Both the position numbers and the translations under genes were made by a program. The notes beneath the pieces are model-generated. The model was not told the DNA's origin, did not search any database, and was given only the letters and a program-made list of their open reading frames with translations. Shown one piece after another: positions 33,358 to 46,273 of a stretch of DNA of 51,723 bases (positions are counted from its first letter, which is position 1; every line of letters begins with the position of its first letter). Source of the DNA: Octopus bimaculoides (lineage: Eukaryota); contig NC_068982.1 of assembly GCF_001194135.2 (NCBI RefSeq), positions 90,408,070-90,459,792 on the forward strand, written 5' to 3'.

Positions 33358-33799
33358 TGTCGTAATATAATTTTACATATAAAAAAAGATACGGTGTTCG
33401 TAGCTGGAATAATTTTCATCACTGCCCTGCTCGATTAGAGACAGCCCAGGGTTAAACAATAGCAACAACAACAACTACAGATCGAGAAAAAGCAAATGAT
33501 TACATTGAAGTGAAAACAATATTTTTAAAAGCTTATTTCAACTGCAGACTGATTAATGTTCCTTTAATAAACATAACAATAGACGTTGTACTGTTTGAGA
33601 TATATTTGCATTCCTCTGTTACCGAAGGCCGTTGTATTGACTAATGACGTTAGAATCAGCAATACACAAACTATGGTCAGTCGCCTGATGTACACTATAC
33701 AGGATACTCGGAGTAGGGATGTAATGAAGTGCACTGGCTTCGGAAAAAAGAATGAAAATAATATAATTTATCTATTTAGTTAATCGACTGTCTTACTAT

Positions 33800-34240
33800 C
33801 TTCCCCATCTCTCTCACTCCCTCTCTCTTGGCCTATCTACATTTCTCCTCTCACTCCTCCCTGCCGCTGTCCCTCTCTGCTCCCCTCTCTCTCTCTCTCT
33901 TTCTTTCTCTCTCTCTCTCTCTCTTGCCTACACAGCGATACACTCCACACACATCCGTAGACACATATATATATAATATATAAGAAAAACACGCATGCAT
34001 TCACACACAAATACCTCATGCATTCATAACCATCTCTACACATACACATGGACGAACACATATACTTACAAACATGGACACGCTCACAAATACACGCGCG
34101 CGCATACAAATACAACAAACATGCAAGCACACACACAGTCACACAAACATACGCTTATAAATACAATACATATACGCAGGCACATGCACACAAACACGCG
34201 CACGCACGCACACATACACACATACACACACTCATATGCT
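33800..34240. repeat. CT-rich then CA-rich degenerate simple repeats
   Basis: Direct observation. Confidence 0.85.
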
Positions 34241-35206
34241 AGTCGATCATGTTGACAACAAATGATGAACTAAGAATGCTTATTGATATTTGTCGGAATG
34301 TGTCATTTAGTATTGATTCTTATCTCAGTTATTTCCTGGCAGCTTTTCTTTTACTGGCTCCAAGAAGTTTCCAAGAGGTTTGCTGAGACACAGTCAAAGA
34401 TACTTTACAAAGTTAGAAAAGCACAATGTGACATTATATATGTAAAAGAAAAGATACGTTGTGAGACGCATTCTTTCACTGCACCTGCTAACTGAATCAG
34501 TTTACTTAGAACAATTAAACCCGATTATAAGATTTACTATGCATGCTAAATTTTGAGAAGGATTGAATACGGTTGTTCAACCCTCTAGAAATAGTAGGCA
34601 AATCTTCCTTAAAGAAAACATTATTGTATTGAAATGCAGTTATAGATATATACAAAAATAAGGGATAAGACGGCTGTGAAGTTTTTAATTATTAACCTTC
34701 TCGTTCACACTCAACATTAGGTTCAGAGCTAAACAAAAGCGATAAAACAACATATAAACGTCTATCACATTTATAATATGTTGACAGCAAATCAGCCATT
34801 GTTTAGTTAGAGCTTGTGCTTCGACCATCGCTGTTGCCTTCATTACTTTAAGTATAGTAAAAAGATCATTCATTATTTGGATGCCTTGGATGTTTGTTTT
34901 TTGCGCGTGTGAGAATATGTGTAGTAATTTAACGGATCTTACCAGTAGCTTTTGAAAATTAATCTACACAGAAATTAATATAACCTTATCTATAGTCGAA
35001 ATGCATTTCAAAAATCAATAGTTACTCTAAGAATCTTAAACATCAATGAAAAATATTTCGTAACTTCACTTGCAGGTCAATAGCTTAATATCAATCATTT
35101 TCTTTTCTTGACTTGTAGAAAATTCAGCCTCCCTGCTTACATGCTACTGAAGCAAGTACGGGTGCGTGCTGAAGAAGCTAATTTCGCACGAATGGTGCTT
35201 TTGGAG

Positions 35207-35371
35207 CAGTGGTGTAGCTAAAGTCTGTGCCACACGGGGTGGCTCTTGTGTTTGCCACACACACTCGGGTCTGAAAGCCTGTGCAGGTTTATATGACGGG
35301 CCAAAAAGTGTTGCCCCCGCGAAAATCGTCACTCGGGGCGGTTCACCTCCTTCTCCGTAACTATCCAATAG
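35207..35371. mobile_element. Small hAT-like MITE remnant
   Basis: The left end cagtggtgtagcta is a CAGTGGCGTAGC-type TIR. Internal gccacacggggtgg and gtcactcggggcgg. The right TIR is highly degenerate. Confidence 0.4.
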
Positions 35372-35727
35372 TTTTGAGGTCGATGCCATGAGACAGCAAT
35401 CTTGGACACCAAAGAGTTTGTGATAAAATTAGGTAACGGAAATTGAGTTAGCGCTCGTCTGACTAATGAAATGATTCTGTTCATGTGTGGTTGTCTTAAT
35501 GTATCGCTTGGTTTAACACCGGCACCTAGCCTTTTAGTGTTATTAACGGAGTCGACACAATTGCAAATATAAAATGAGATCTTCGGCCGAAGCATAAGTT
35601 CTATTTTATCATACAAGTCTCTGAGCCTCTCAAATGAAGTCATATACGTTGCTTTTACCCATATGTCATTGAAAAACCCCAGCTCACTAGTAGCTTTATA
35701 AAATTCTTTTCGACGACCCATTATCAA
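35329..35727 (-). CDS. Orphan 132-aa ORF, not recognised
   Basis: Longest non-repetitive, non-TE, gap-free ORF in the window (MGRRKEFYKATSELGFFNDIWVK...). Its last ~15 codons run into the MITE. No motif recognised. Confidence 0.15.
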   Translation of the reverse strand: MIMGRRKEFYKATSELGFFNDIWVKATYMTSFERLRDLYDKIELMLRPKISFYICNCVDSVNNTKRLGAGVKPSDTLRQPHMNRIISLVRRALTQFPLPNFITNSLVSKIAVSWHRPQNYWIVTEKEVNRPE

Positions 35728-36089
35728 AAGGAATACTCTTTAGTATATTCTAACAAAAAACTGGTTTAACTTATTCCCGTTAGAAAGGCAGCAACAGAAA
35801 TGGCAAAGCATCCCCTTACGCTTAATATCTCAAAGTACTAATATTTTCCTACAAAAAATGCCATTCACAATGAAATTGAACCCAGAACACAAAGGAACGT
35901 TCTATAAATAGTCTATAGCATTTAATTCGCTGCTCTGATATTCCTGACAATTCCAGTCACCCCTTAAATGTTTAACTCTTGACACAAGACCAACATTTTT
36001 TAGTGTACGCATTTTCATGACCTCAGACTAACTATGACCAAGATGGAAATCGACAACATTTCTATTTTTATCATACGTATGTGTGCGTG

Positions 36090-36126
<37 letters not shown>

Positions 36127-36136
36127 NNNNNNNNNN

Positions 36137-36255
36137 TGCCTTTCATCCTTTCGGGGTTGATAAAATAAGTACCAGTTGAACACTGGCGTCGATGTAATCG
36201 ACTCATCCACATTTATCCCAAGCAGCCTTTGTGACAAAAATTTGAAATAATAATT
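36137..36255 (+). mobile_element. Family B SINE 3' part
   Basis: tgcctttcatcctttcggggttgataaaataagtaccagttgaacactggcgtcgatgtaatcgact...aaatttgaaataataatt. Confidence 0.85.
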
Positions 36256-36292
36256 ATTATTATTGTTATTGTTGTTGTTGCTGCTGCTGCTG

Positions 36293-36338
<46 letters not shown>

Positions 36339-36352
36339 TATTATTATTATTA
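36250..36352. repeat. Compound (TTA)n(TTG)n(CTG)n(TTA)n trinucleotide repeat
   Basis: Direct observation. Confidence 0.95.
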
Positions 36353-36764
36353 TGGTTAATATAAAGAGGATTGAGGCATCTCCTCCAGAAGATATGGATG
36401 CAAAAATAGAAGAGTGCCATTGTTATCAAGTGAACGATATTTCGACATCTCGCGTCTCTTCCACAGGTTCAAAAAATAAACTTTTCTATCTACTTCATTT
36501 TGGTTAATATATATAGGAAATATATATATAGGAAATGTATATAGGAAATATCGTTAATATCGATAACAATGACACTTTTCTCTTTTTGGTATCATTATTA
36601 TTATCATTATTATTATTATTATTATTATAGTGTTACAAGAAGAGGGGTTGATATTGACTTTGAACTTTCGACTTACTAACCTTTGTTGAAACTTTGATGT
36701 CATTGTAACCTTTCTTGTAAAAGTATAATAAACAAACACTCTACAAGAAAAGGAAATGTTCTGC

Positions 36765-36895
36765 CGATGAGATTCCCGACAGTTTTCATCTATTAAATTA
36801 ACGTAGAATTATCTTTCCGACGGACCACGAGTGGGATTGAAACCGAAACCACATAATTTCGGAGTTGAATTCTTACGCACAGGAGATGTGCCTAA
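36765..36895 (-). mobile_element. Family A SINE head, very degenerate
   Basis: cccgacagttttcatctattaaatt...gagtgggattgaaaccgaaaccacat...cttacgcacag. Confidence 0.55.
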
Positions 36896-37603
36896 AATAT
36901 AAGTGTTTGTAACTAAATATAAGATAGTTGTTGGAAACTTAATGATTTGTCTTATTCCATCGGCCTCATTGTGACGTGTGCCGCGAAAATATTAGATTAA
37001 TAGTAATGGTTGAATGCTAGACTGAATACCTTAGATTATTATCATTCAGCTACTTAACGAAACCGATATTGGTTTCACCCCTCCATTATTTCGGTATGGA
37101 TAAAATAGGTAGCGGTCAAGGCATAGTATTTATTGACTTGAGTTCACCACTGGAAGTTATATGATAATATTGGAATACAAGCAATAAGAAGACACTAATC
37201 AAAACAATATGCCTCAGTAAACTTTGTTCGTCGCTTCGCCAATCTTTCAGTTCCCATTCACTCTAATTTTTCCCCCGCAAAAATCTTCCTAATTAAAGTA
37301 ATAATACACTCCTTGCTCTGTTGAATGATCTTATTTTAGGAATTGTGGCACTGCTCANNNNNNNNNNNNNNNNNNNNNNNNNNNNNNNNNNNNNNNNNNN
37401 NNNTATACAAACTAAAAGGTTTCATGTTGCGTTGATTAGAAGAAAGACTGAGAACAACGAAACCGGTTGGCGATAGCCTCTTAATACTGCGTGTGTTCAA
37501 TATTTGCTAAGAGGCTATTAACTTTCCCGCTGCTAGCATCTCCGTATTACTTATTCTCTAAAACACTTCTTTGTTTTTTTTCATGTAACCATTGTGCAGT
37601 TAT

Positions 37604-38018
37604 CTTTCACCTTTCACTTGTTTCAGTCATTGAACTGAGGTCATGCTGGGGCACAACCTTGAAGAGTTTTAATCGAACAAATCACCCCCTCCTACTCCAG
37701 GTATTTTTTTTTTTTAAAGTCTGGTATTTGTTCTATCAGTTTCTGTTGCCAAATCATTAAATAACCAGTACCTAAACAAATCAACACCGGTTGTTAGGTG
37801 GTGGGGACGGGTAAACATAAACACAAAGGCACACACACTCACACACACATTTATATATGACAGGCTCCCAAACAATTTCCGTAGACTAAATTCGCTCGCA
37901 AGACGCTGGTTGGCCCGGGGCTATAGTAGAGGATACTGAAATGTCACGCATTGGGACTGAACCCGAAACCACGTGGTTGCAAAGTGAGTTTGTTAGCCAC
38001 GCAGTTATGCCAGCGCCT
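37604..38018 (-). mobile_element. Family A SINE, full length, degenerate
   Basis: Runs from cacttgtttcagtcattgaactgaggtcatgctggggcac through an internal CA/TA stretch to gggactgaacccgaaaccacgtggttgc...gccagcgcct. Confidence 0.85.
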
Positions 38019-38023
38019 AGAAC

Positions 38024-38600
38024 TACACAGCGTGCAAAACAGTTTCGTCGTTCTGTGCACATCTCGGGTAAGCTCGGCTAACTGCACTTCCATGCCTGTA
38101 GATTTTTATCTCGAACCGGCAATGCCCCCACCCACTGGTGGCGTTTTCAGGCCAAGGATTTCTGGAAATTATCCATGGGCCCCAGGCCAAAAGTCCTCTG
38201 GATAAGACCAACTTGTTGATTCTCGTCAATGCCCAGAGTCGCCCCAAGAACGTCATCGGACTTACTCGCGACTAATCTCCCATCGCACTTCCACCGACTG
38301 CATTGCCCGAGTGACAAATGACTGTAAGCGCATGATGACACACCAGGTGTCAGACGCCTTGCCTCAGTCTATACTTGATCCAGGACTGCAGCTCAGCAAA
38401 GAGACGAGCTACGGTAAAATGAGTCTTTCAAACAGTGACGACAGCTGCTAACTGTCAAGGAAGTTCTGGAGATGTCGTCGCCTCAGCGCATGTCTGCTAA
38501 GCATTAACCTCAGCATATCCAATCCTCCATTCTTGCTTAGCGGTATTTCGCCCGGTGTGCTTGCAGCCAGCCTTGATAGTGGCTGGACTTGTTCTTTCGC
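38024..38600 (-). mobile_element. L1/Tx1-group LINE ORF2 3' fragment (RT thumb region to the C-terminal CCHC-type zinc motif)
   Basis: Minus strand PLSKNGGLDML (LP...GGLG.P-like), then GALPVRD..YRHGSAVSRAYPRCAQNDETVLHAV (zf-RVT-like CPRC..ETxxH motif). Frameshifted. Confidence 0.75.
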
Positions 38601-39459
38601 AGCTTTAACCACTCAGCACTTGAAGATGCAGAAATACAAATACAACTCTGCTGTACAACTAAAATCTTCTCTCAAAATAACTTTAAAAATTCCAATATCT
38701 ACAATCTTCTCTGTGCGATTACTCAAACTATTTTCTTTCATATAATTTTAAAAACTTGAATATCTACAATTTTCTGAGAGTATTAACTTTTTGCTCTCTG
38801 ATTATTCGAATATACAAACATCTCCTTTATGCGAAGAACAATCCCAAATGCTTCCGGTTATCTAACTTAAGTAACTTCAAAATAAGCGACTCTCTATGAG
38901 GACATAAATTCTTAATTTATTCTAGCTTTTCAAACGCGCAAACGTTCTTCTTTCACATCCAGGAAAAATTGAAGCCCCTCTAAAACTCACAACACTTTCC
39001 AGAACTAATAACAAATGTAAAAGATAAATGACTGAAATATTTATAAACTGCACAAGTACGAACACTGTAAAGCCCAACAAAACTTCATTTAATTTTATAA
39101 AATAAAAGCAATCAATGGTGTATTTATATATTTTTTTATCGGTAATTGAAGCAGAATAAAGTTAATAAGTTCTCTTGAAAATCTACTGTCACTCTCATTA
39201 ATCATAGTAGTAGTAATCATATATTTTGACCTTTGCTGACCACACGAATGCGACCATTCCTTTGTCGGTTCCATATCAACATCTGCTGAATCTATTTATA
39301 GACAAACGGTAGCTCACTGTATGCTTGCTAAACTGTGTCTATTCCCCCAACTATTTCCTCAACTCTCATGTTTTTGTGACCACCTCAAACACAGGTCAAT
39401 AATTGTAGTTAGTAATATCTAATAATACTACACAGTGGTAGGAACACAGACAGCAAGCT

Positions 39460-39735
39460 TAACTTTGCCAATCACCATTAACAACAACTCATGACGTAAC
39501 AACAATAAGAACGACGATATCAACTACACTGTTACCATGGCTATCGACGCTAGCCACAAGGACAAAAACAATAACAATAATGGTAATCAGCAGTGGCTAC
39601 AACTACTATAGTAGTATACTAATAGTATTGGTAACGACAATGATAATGATGATAACAATAATGGTGGTGATAATGGCGGACATAATAATAGTCGTGTCTT
39701 TATTAACCACACAGGGCTCAATGATGATAATATTA
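39460..39735. repeat. Degenerate AAC/AAT/GAT/TAG triplet-repeat zone
   Basis: aacaacaac..., aataacaataatggtaat, gataatgatgataacaataat. Confidence 0.7.
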
Positions 39736-39789
39736 ATATAGCTCAAAAATGTTTTATGAAACAAAACGGAAAATTACAATAGCACACCA

Positions 39790-42700
39790 GATCGTTTGTC
39801 CTCTAGTTAATCTGGAAGCGAGACCCTCATAGGGAAGCCAACATGAAGTCGAAAATCATCCAGTTGCACAAACCTCTCCGAATACGAACCTGGATGGTGC
39901 CTTGAATGGAACTGCCCAACTCTAGTCCTCCAAGTTCACCACGAAAAGGAATATGTTACAGGATCAAATAGACACGGGAAGATTATAAAGAAGTAATATG
40001 CGCCTATCACTATGTATTAGGTCAGTTGTCTCAAGAGAGACATACTTCAAACTTTTACAAAATACAGAGAACACGAAATCAAAATAGCACACCACATTTG
40101 GATGAAAAATTATTAGAAAATGTTAGGAGGGATATCATCAGAAATAATAGACTCAGAGACACTTTTTCTGTAGCTGCACGCAGTAGAAAATGACCTAAGT
40201 ATAAGACAGAAAGGAAATGAAGAATCAGATAAAGAGAATAGCTATCCATTAGTCTTAATTGAAAGGCTGTCATCCGACCAAATTACACAAAGGCCTGAAG
40301 AAATAAGAAATTCTAATGGACCTGATAATGATAGCAAAGAAAGTGACAAAGAAAGAGTATTTGAAGACCACACATTTACTGAAGAGCACAGAGAGTCTAT
40401 GAAGGAAATGAGGTAGACAATTCTGAACGAGCTTGCAGTTGTAAGATATAGAGATACGAATGATAGAAAACCACTTCATAAACTCTTAACCACAAATCAA
40501 AAGGCACAAACACAACTTAAAATAGGCAACTATGTAACAAAAGAAATCATACACGAACTAGGACCCAAATGAAATTATTTACACGTCTGCTGAAGCAATT
40601 GAAACAAGTTATTTACCTTCAAAAAAAAAACAAATAAAACCAATCTCAGAAGAAATATGAATTGTAAAAGTAAAACTGAAAAAGAAATTGAATTAATGAG
40701 GAGAGCAAATCTGTGCAAACGATGTAAGATCCAGAAAAGGAAGAAAGAAGAATTTTCATCAAGAGAAGGAGTGATATCAACAAAAGACACACCGAAACAA
40801 ACGATCCAAGAAAAAAGCTCAAACAATACGGAGGTTTCAGAAAAGAAACACTTTTTACAAAGAAAATAAGCTCTTCATATCCAATGCTGAAACATTTAAA
40901 AAAGAAATAGGGATGGCGAAAATAACTACTGAAGACCCCACACCTGTGGAAGAAGCTGAAAAATTTTGGAAAAAGCTTTGGTGTGTTGTGTTGAGTATAC
41001 AAACAACGAAACTTCTGATCAGATTAGACGCACAGAAGGATCCCACCATATTTACGGGAACAAGTATGGGAAAACATCTCAATAGCATACCTAAGGATGA
41101 CGCTCATGAAGGGTCATAAGTGGATGTCCCCCGTTAAAGATAAAGTGCCAAATTTCTAACTCTCATTGCTCTCGTGCTCACAAGAAAGGTTAATTCATAT
41201 GAGAGATCTTGAGGAAACACCTGACATGCTTAGCAAGCGGTATTACTTATCTACTCCCAAAGAATAATGAAACCATAGTTCAAAACAATTATCGGCCCAT
41301 ATCCTATTGTCTAACATTTATAAAATTTTAACATCTTTTCCCGTGGTGAAAACATGTGTTTGTGGAAGAGAACAATAGTTTACAGAAAGGGTACCGACGA
41401 GGCTCATATACATGCTAAGATCAACTCTTAATTTATCACATGATATTTGAAAACAGTTATAACAAGCGTAGAAATCTCAGTTTCGCATAGAATGATTATT
41501 AAAAAATCATTTGACAGCTTAGCGCATCAAAATCCTGAAATTGTTGGACGTCTTAAAAATTTCTCCTGTAATTTCAAACTTTCTGAAGCATTATCTGTCA
41601 TTGTGGAACGCGAATCTCCCATTATATCATTTTAATGGAGTGCTAGCTTCAAATAATATTAACATTAACTGCGGCACTTTCCAAGGTGACTCACTTTCAT
41701 CCCTAATTTTTTGCATAAACCCTTACAACCAAACTTAACAGAACAGGGTAGGTCATAAAATTGACAAGAAAATAAGCCATCTATTTTATACGGATAACTT
41801 AAAACTCGATGACAAAGACAATGATAAGTCTGAAGGATTATTGTCTGCTATGGAAGCTTTCATTGATGACATCGGGATCGTATTTGGTTTTGACAAGTGT
41901 GCCAAGGCCACTTTCAAGAAAGGGAAATTGAAGACCACAAATTCAGTCGTGTCACATGTGGAAACAGTTATAAAATTACTTAAGTAGGTACAAACTTATA
42001 AATACCTAAGAATAAATGTAGGCTCTGGCATTCAGAGTGCAAGCATGAAAGAGTAGATTAGGAAGGAATGTTATAAAACAGTACAAGCAGTTCTGAAATG
42101 TAAGCTAACTGCACATAAGGTGTTAGCTATAAATTCTTTAGCAGTTCTAGTTGTTACTTATAGCTTCACTGTGTTCAACTAGAACATCATTGAAATAAAG
42201 AAAATTCGTAGACAAATTCGTCAGCCGCTGACTTGTTATGAGATTACCACTCATTTTGGTTCGTCTTTACTATCTCAGAACTCAAGAAAGTCGAGGCTTG
42301 ATCCAGGTTGAACATTCTTATAAAATCACCACCACAGGACTCGCCAAATATCTTGAAATAATCAACGACGAGATGCTCGCTGAAGATCACGAGATTCGTA
42401 AGAAGCTTCATTCTATCCTGAACGAAAGCAAAAACTTTGCTATTATCCCTGAATGATTCCCAGGCTGAACAACCTAAGGGAACTGGGAAAAATGTTGTTA
42501 TAACGAAAATAAAATTAATGGCAAACAAAAACCGCTGGAGCATTTGGCTGGCAGGCGGAAGCAGAAACCTTTGCAAGGCAAATATGTGGCCCGCTGCAAA
42601 CAAGCTAATGTTGACCAAAAGCACACTTATTAGTGATTACGAAGCTCGGGGCTAAAGGTAGAGAGTGAAAGCTTCGTCTTAACTGCTCAAGATCAAAGCT

Positions 42701-43200
42701 TATTGTGTGAGAACTACGAAGCAAATGTGATGAAAAATAGAGTAGATCCAAAGTTTCTATTCTGCAATACAAAGATTTAACAGTGAACTTCTTAATCTCT
42801 GGAGCATCGGTTGAGTATTAATTAAGACATGGCGGAGCTGGCCAATATCTACACTAGTTAATATATCTGCATAAAAAAATCAAAACTGTTCACAAATGAT
42901 ATCAGTACCACCCTAAGGCTGTAACTGAAGGAGAAAATGTAACGTTTCTTTGGGATTTTCTTGTACATACAGGCAGAACCATCAAAGCTAATAAACTGGG
43001 TATTGTTGTATAAAACAAACATAATAATGTCTGTTTATTGTTCAACATAAGTGTCCCTTGTTATCATATTATTTCGACAAAAGTATTTTAAAAACTGAAA
43101 AAAAACAGATTTGCTCATTGAAATCGGGAAAAGTATGGCACCTCAATGCCATATTTCACGTCACTTCAATCCTCTCAGCTGTTAGTGAGCTACAGAATGG
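39790..43200 (+). mobile_element. R4/Dong-clade non-LTR retrotransposon (single ORF, RT + CCHC + RLE endonuclease), near full length, heavily decayed
   Basis: Motifs in order: HLDEKLLENVRRDIIRNNRL; NYRPI; QKGYRRGSY..DQLL; KKSFDSL; GTFQGDSLSSLIF; HLFYTDNLKL (YMDDLKL-type); IGIVFGFDKCAK; YKYL; ESESFVLTAQDQSL..NY; DPKF.FC; LWDF.VHT.RTIKANK.GIVV (RPDIV-type); CLL..ISVP; DLLIEI.KVW. The 5' and 3' limits are approximate. Confidence 0.88.
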
Positions 43201-43964
43201 CAACTTTTCGATGGAATGGTGTCTCTTTTAAGATAATATTTTGTGATCTAGTTTACCTGTATACCATCGAAACCGGATAACCAGCTCTATGACTTTTAGT
43301 ATTGGAAGACAGTATGGTCCAGACTCATTAATTTATTACATGGTTTATAATTTCGTTGTTCTACATTCTGACTTCAAATCGAGTCTATGTTCCAATTTGC
43401 CTTCTTTGTATAATAGGTATATAAATCATCGATTAAACGCCACCTCCCTATTTTTCTCGGAAGATTTCGGTCTTCTTCCGTTTTAAAGTATCACAATTAT
43501 CGTTGTCCTTGATCACACTTAAGATCAATAATATGCTTCATTTATTTTATAATCATCATTTTGTTTTTCATTTCTTCAATCAGTTCAGATCAATTATCAG
43601 TAATTATTCGTATCGATCGACTTGTACTTTTGTGAGAATTTAATTTGGAGGAAATAAATCTTTCTTTGCAATTTCTGTCAATTCATCGCCATTTCGATGT
43701 CTTTCATTAGTGTCACATCAGGGCGATTGAGTACCGATAAGGTAGAGGGTCGGGTTAAACAGATTGCCGTAATTGGATGCAACCTATTCGTATTTTCACT
43801 TCAGATCTGATGAGGATGTGACTTTTTTTCATTGCAGACTCCTAAGAACGATAAAAGGAGTACAAACTGAATGAAAGAGTTTTTCGTAAGAAACAGAAAA
43901 TTATAAAAAACCAATAATTAGCACAAAACTAAGCAGCTGAATCCTTAGTAGTAATTATGTTTCT

Positions 43965-44030
43965 TTCGTCTTGAGTTCAAATTCGCCTGGTTTTGACGTT
44001 ATATTTCTTCACCCTCCGAACCGATCGTAC
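43965..44030 (+). mobile_element. Family B SINE fragment, very degenerate
   Basis: gtcttgagttcaaattcgcctggttttgacgtt...cttcaccctccg. Confidence 0.4.
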
Positions 44031-45340
44031 CTTCACGTCCCTGCAGATTTTGGACCAATTTTAAAGATCTTTAAGGATCAAATTCACAGTTTGCATATAA
44101 CGCATTGTATCAAAATTATTTAGTAATAATGCCACCTACATAAACAGGAATAGTTAAGTCAGTGTTATCGTATTAATGCAAGGAATATTAATATGCTAAT
44201 AAAAAAACAATTATAAGGGTAAGTTTATATTAGTCGTATTATTATTACAATAATTATAATTATTATTGTTGTTGTTTTTCATTTACAAAATCAAATGAAG
44301 TTATGTAGAAAAGATTATTTACATTCTTTAGCATTCTCACGGCGACAATATTCTTCACACGTAGTGTGAAGAACTAGTTAATACAATCTTTTGCGCTTAT
44401 TGCAGGGATGAAAAGCCAGTGATAATTCTCAAATAATCTTCAGTTCCAGTGCTCCTACAATCACTGATATTGATTGAGATTGAGGTGCCATATTTTTTCC
44501 GATATCAGTAAGCAGATCTCTGTTTTTTAAGCTTTTTAATTACTTTTGTCGAAATATTATAAAAAGGGACACTCACGTTGATCATTAAACAGAAATTATC
44601 AACCACCGTTGTTTAAATATCCTAACTATCTTAATTGGACGGTTTTGTTGATGAAAAGAAGCCATGTGATACCTTACGAATATAACTATACATTTTCAAT
44701 TGCATTACATTTTTCTGAAAATAATAATAATAATAATAATANNNNNNNNNNNNNNNNNNNNNNNNNNNNNNNNNNNNNNNNNNNNNNNNNNNNNNNNNNN
44801 NNNNNNNNNNNNNNNNNNNNNNNNNNNNNNNNNNNNNNNNNNNNNNNNNNNNNNNNNNNNNNNNNNNNNNNNNNNNNNNNNNNNNNNNNNNNNNNNNNNN
44901 NNNNNNNNNNNNNNNNNNNNNNNNNNNNNNNNNNNNNNNNNNNNNNNNNNNNNNNNNNNNNNNNNNNNNNNNNNNNNNNNNNNNNNNNNNNNNNNNNNNN
45001 NNNNNNNNNNNNNNNNNNNNNNNNNNNNNNNNNNNNNNNNNNNNNNNNNNNNNNNNNNNNNNNNNNNNNNNNNNNNNNNNNNNNNNNNNNNNNNNNNNNN
45101 NNNNNNNNNNNNNNNNNNNNNNNNNNNNNNNNNNNNNNNNNNNNNNNNNNNNNNNNNNNNNNNNNNNNNNNNNNNNNNNNNNNNNNNNNNNNNNNNNNNN
45201 NNNNNNNNNNNNNNNNNATTTCAAAGCTAATCAGCTGTACCGCCATCTGTTACACAACTGTAACATTCTATAAATGATGTTTGGTCTTATTACACATTAG
45301 ATTAAATTGGTAATTGTGTGTGTGTGTGTGCGCGCGTATG

Positions 45341-45429
45341 TGTGTTTCTAAGATTTATGTTCGAGGCGTGAGGTATATGTTCTAAGTAAATTGTGTGTAT
45401 GTGCGTGTGTGGGTGTGTGTAGGTGTGTG

Positions 45430-45468
<39 letters not shown>

Positions 45469-45540
45469 GTGTGTGTGCGCGCGTGCGCGTGTGTTTCTAA
45501 GCTTCATGTTCGAGGCGTGAGGTATGTTTTGCGTAAATTT
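45341..45540 (+). repeat. ~150-bp-period tandem duplication (unique ~50-bp core plus GT/GC microsatellite)
   Basis: gtgtttctaag(at/ct)t(t/c)atgttcgaggcgtgaggtat...gtaaatt occurs at 45341-45392 and 45490-45540. Confidence 0.85.
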
Positions 45541-46020
45541 TAAATTTCATTGCGCTCTTACATTGATTCCAAATATAGTTGATTTTACACATACATACAT
45601 ACATACATACATACATACATACATACATACATACGCATGTGTGCATTCGTGCATTCGTGCATGCATATATATTAGAATGACTATAGTGTAATATAAATGG
45701 ATACGGATTTATGTATATATGTATATGTATGTGTGTGTGTATNNNNNNNNNNNNNNNNNNNNNNNNNNNNNNNNNNNNNNNNNNNNNNNNNNNNNNNNNN
45801 NNNNNNNNNNNNNNNNNNNNNNNNNNNNNNNNNNNNNNNNNNNNNNNNNNNNNNNNNNNNNNNNNNNNNNNNNNNNNNNNNNNNNNNNNNNNNNNNNNNN
45901 NNNNNNNNNNNNNNNNNNNNNNNNNNNNNNNNNNNNNNNNNNNNNNNNNNNNNNNNNNNNNNNNNNNNNNNNNNNNNNNNNNNNNNNNNNNNNNNNNNNN
46001 NNNNNNNNNNNNNNNNNNNN

Positions 46021-46092
<72 letters not shown>

Positions 46093-46223
46093 CGTATGTA
46101 TGTATGTATATATATATACATATGGACATATTTGTATATAGATAAAGTGATAGACAGATAGATAAAAACAAATAGGAATATAAATGCATACTTATATGTA
46201 TGCATGCATATACAGAAGCAGAT

Positions 46224-46272
<49 letters not shown>
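46021..46272. repeat. (TA)n/(TATG)n/(GATA)n microsatellite block
   Basis: Direct observation. Confidence 0.9.

Positions 46273-46273
<1 letters not shown>

Noticed and set aside
36507-36550. Three (TA)n-GGAAA units, superficially repeat-spacer-like
   Set aside because: A simple microsatellite variant. There are no unique spacers and the context is eukaryotic, so it is not CRISPR. No CRISPR, rRNA or prokaryotic features occur in the window.
37441-37480. GAAACCGGTT with upstream TAGAAGA/CTGAGAA, hammerhead-like
   Set aside because: No stem II or stem I pairing could be built; at best a very decayed PLE tail.
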